Positions 62,459-64,000 of a DNA stretch of 64,000 nucleotides are shown piece after piece. The position numbers were made by a program, and so were the translations under genes. The notes under the pieces were generated by a model, which was given only the letters and a program-made list of their open reading frames with translations, was not told the origin of the DNA and did not search any database. The DNA comes from Laetmonice hystrix. Its lineage: Eukaryota. Positions within the stretch are counted from its first letter, which is position 1, and every line of letters begins with the position of its first letter. The stretch covers positions 46,812,001 through 46,876,000 of the forward strand of contig OZ249436.1 in NCBI GenBank assembly GCA_965235115.1. The letters run 5' to 3'.

Positions 62459-62802
62459 CTACTACAACAACATGCAGAACAATCATGGCCCTCCCCCAGG
62501 CCCTGGCCCATATGGACCTGGCCCAGGTATGTATCATGGTTCACCTGGACCAGGCCCATATGGACCAAATATGTATGGTCCAGTAGGCCCATATGGCCCT
62601 ATGGGACCAGGCCCTCGCCCTCCACCCCCTCAAGGGCCACAGCAGCAGCCTGGTCAGAGTACAGCTACAGACTCGGCAGACAAGGATACCAACCCCAAAC
62701 AGATGAATGCCATTGGACCACAGGGCTCGCCCCACATGCAGGGACCAAGACAGCCAAACTCGTATAATGCTTATGGTGGTCATCAGAATTTCAGAAATAA
62801 AC
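62459..62802 (+). CDS. LENG8: LENG8 coding exon 3 (G/P/Y-rich)
   Basis: tcttgcag acceptor in phase 2; open frame YYNNMQNNHGPPPGPGPYGP...; donor C|gtaggt in phase 1 matches the next exon. Confidence 0.82.
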
Positions 62803-63023
62803 GTAGGTATAATTTATGTTATATGTATCCTAAAGCAGTTGCATTGTGAGACTAACAGTTTCTGTCATAAAGCTGTAATCTTCAAATGTTACAGAATAAT
62901 TAGCCAAATTTTAAGTCATCTGAGATACACCAACAAATCTGGTCTCAATTTGAGATTGTCCTTAGTTAAGTCATGGTGCAATTGTTGTTGTACTATACCT
63001 GACATTTTATCATTGGTTTTCAG

Positions 63024-63915
63024 AAGCCCCTGGTGCTGGGGGAATCCGTTTTCAACTGCCCAAACGTAACAACATGCAACAAGGCAATGCTTTCCAGTCC
63101 TATCACCAAAACTACAACATCAAGGCTCCCCAGCAACATTCAGGCCAACAGAACTCGGCGCAGCAGGCATCACAAGATAACAAAAACAGTCAAGGCAGTA
63201 CAAAACCTGCATGTACTGACCCTACCAATATGGGAGAATGGCCTCCAGAGTTGAAAGACTATGTGACCAGAGCTTTTGCAAGTGCAACAAATGATGTTGA
63301 AAAGGATCAAGTTGAAAAATTGCTGAAGGAAAAGATTACCTACACTTTTAAAAATGGTCTTGCTAATAAAATCAATTGGGCAAAGGAGCCATTGCCACAT
63401 GAGAAAAGTTTGGAAAATAAATCTCCTCCCGTGCCTACTAAGATACAGCAAAGCATGTTGCAACACAGTATGCAAGGGAGTACCCCAAAGGCTCGGACAA
63501 CTCGTTGGGATGGAGGTCCACCTGGAGCAAGCAGACAGAGACAACAGACGCCCAGTTACTACAGCCGGCAAAGGTCTCCTCTTGGTACACAAAGAAGATC
63601 TCGGTCACGTTCTTCATCAAGGTCATATTCAAGGTCCCGCTCTCGGTCGAGATCCAGGTCTAGGACTCCGCCACATTATAGAAAGGACCGCAGGCGGAGG
63701 CGCTATTCCAGCAGTGAAAGTGACAGTTTTTCTGACGAGAGTTCCGAATCAAGTGGAAGGAGCTATGGCAATAATAGAGATATTGGAAGGGGACGTGGAA
63801 ACAATAGGGCAAGGAATAGGGGGTCTGTGCGTGGGCGGCTGCAGAACACGCCCAAAAAGGACCAAGAGAACTTCAATATGTTGAAGAAAGGGAAGAAGAG
63901 AATGAAACAACAAGG
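63024..63915 (+). CDS. LENG8: LENG8 coding exon 4 (gene continues beyond window)
   Basis: ttttcag acceptor; GIRFQLPKR and WPPELKDYVTRAF...EKLLKEKI...INWAKEPLP motifs typical of LENG8, then an RS-rich segment; donor GG|gtaggc. Confidence 0.9.
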
Positions 63916-64000
63916 GTAGGCCTCTTACTTAACAATTAGTAAATTGGGGTCATAATCTTGCAATGCCAATGGTGAAGAAATCGCAAATGATCCTGAATCC

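Overview
Eukaryotic animal genomic DNA, probably a marine invertebrate (spliceosomal introns, many minisatellites, invertebrate-type MITEs); no prokaryotic operons or CRISPR. Two genes lie head-to-head near the right end. On the minus strand is the first coding exon of a type I cAMP-dependent protein kinase regulatory subunit (PKA-RI dimerization/docking domain, 58181-58345). On the plus strand are the first four coding exons of LENG8 (59584-63915, continuing beyond the window). I found no downstream PKA-RI exon (RRGA pseudosubstrate, cAMP-binding domains) in 1-58180, so this region appears to be one very long first intron. It holds more than a dozen unrelated tandem-repeat arrays, a 1326-bp tandem duplication and many non-autonomous DNA transposons. 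The most interesting inferred features are: several candidate alternative phase-0 first exons for PKA-RI, including one starting MGNK (possibly myristoylated, lacking the D/D domain) and one that is tandemly duplicated; AG|GT recursive-splice-like sites; a cluster of three full CRE sites; and a Helentron-type HINE element carrying two tandem tRNA-derived Pol III cassettes. Nearly all ORFs in the supplied track are repeat-derived or spurious.
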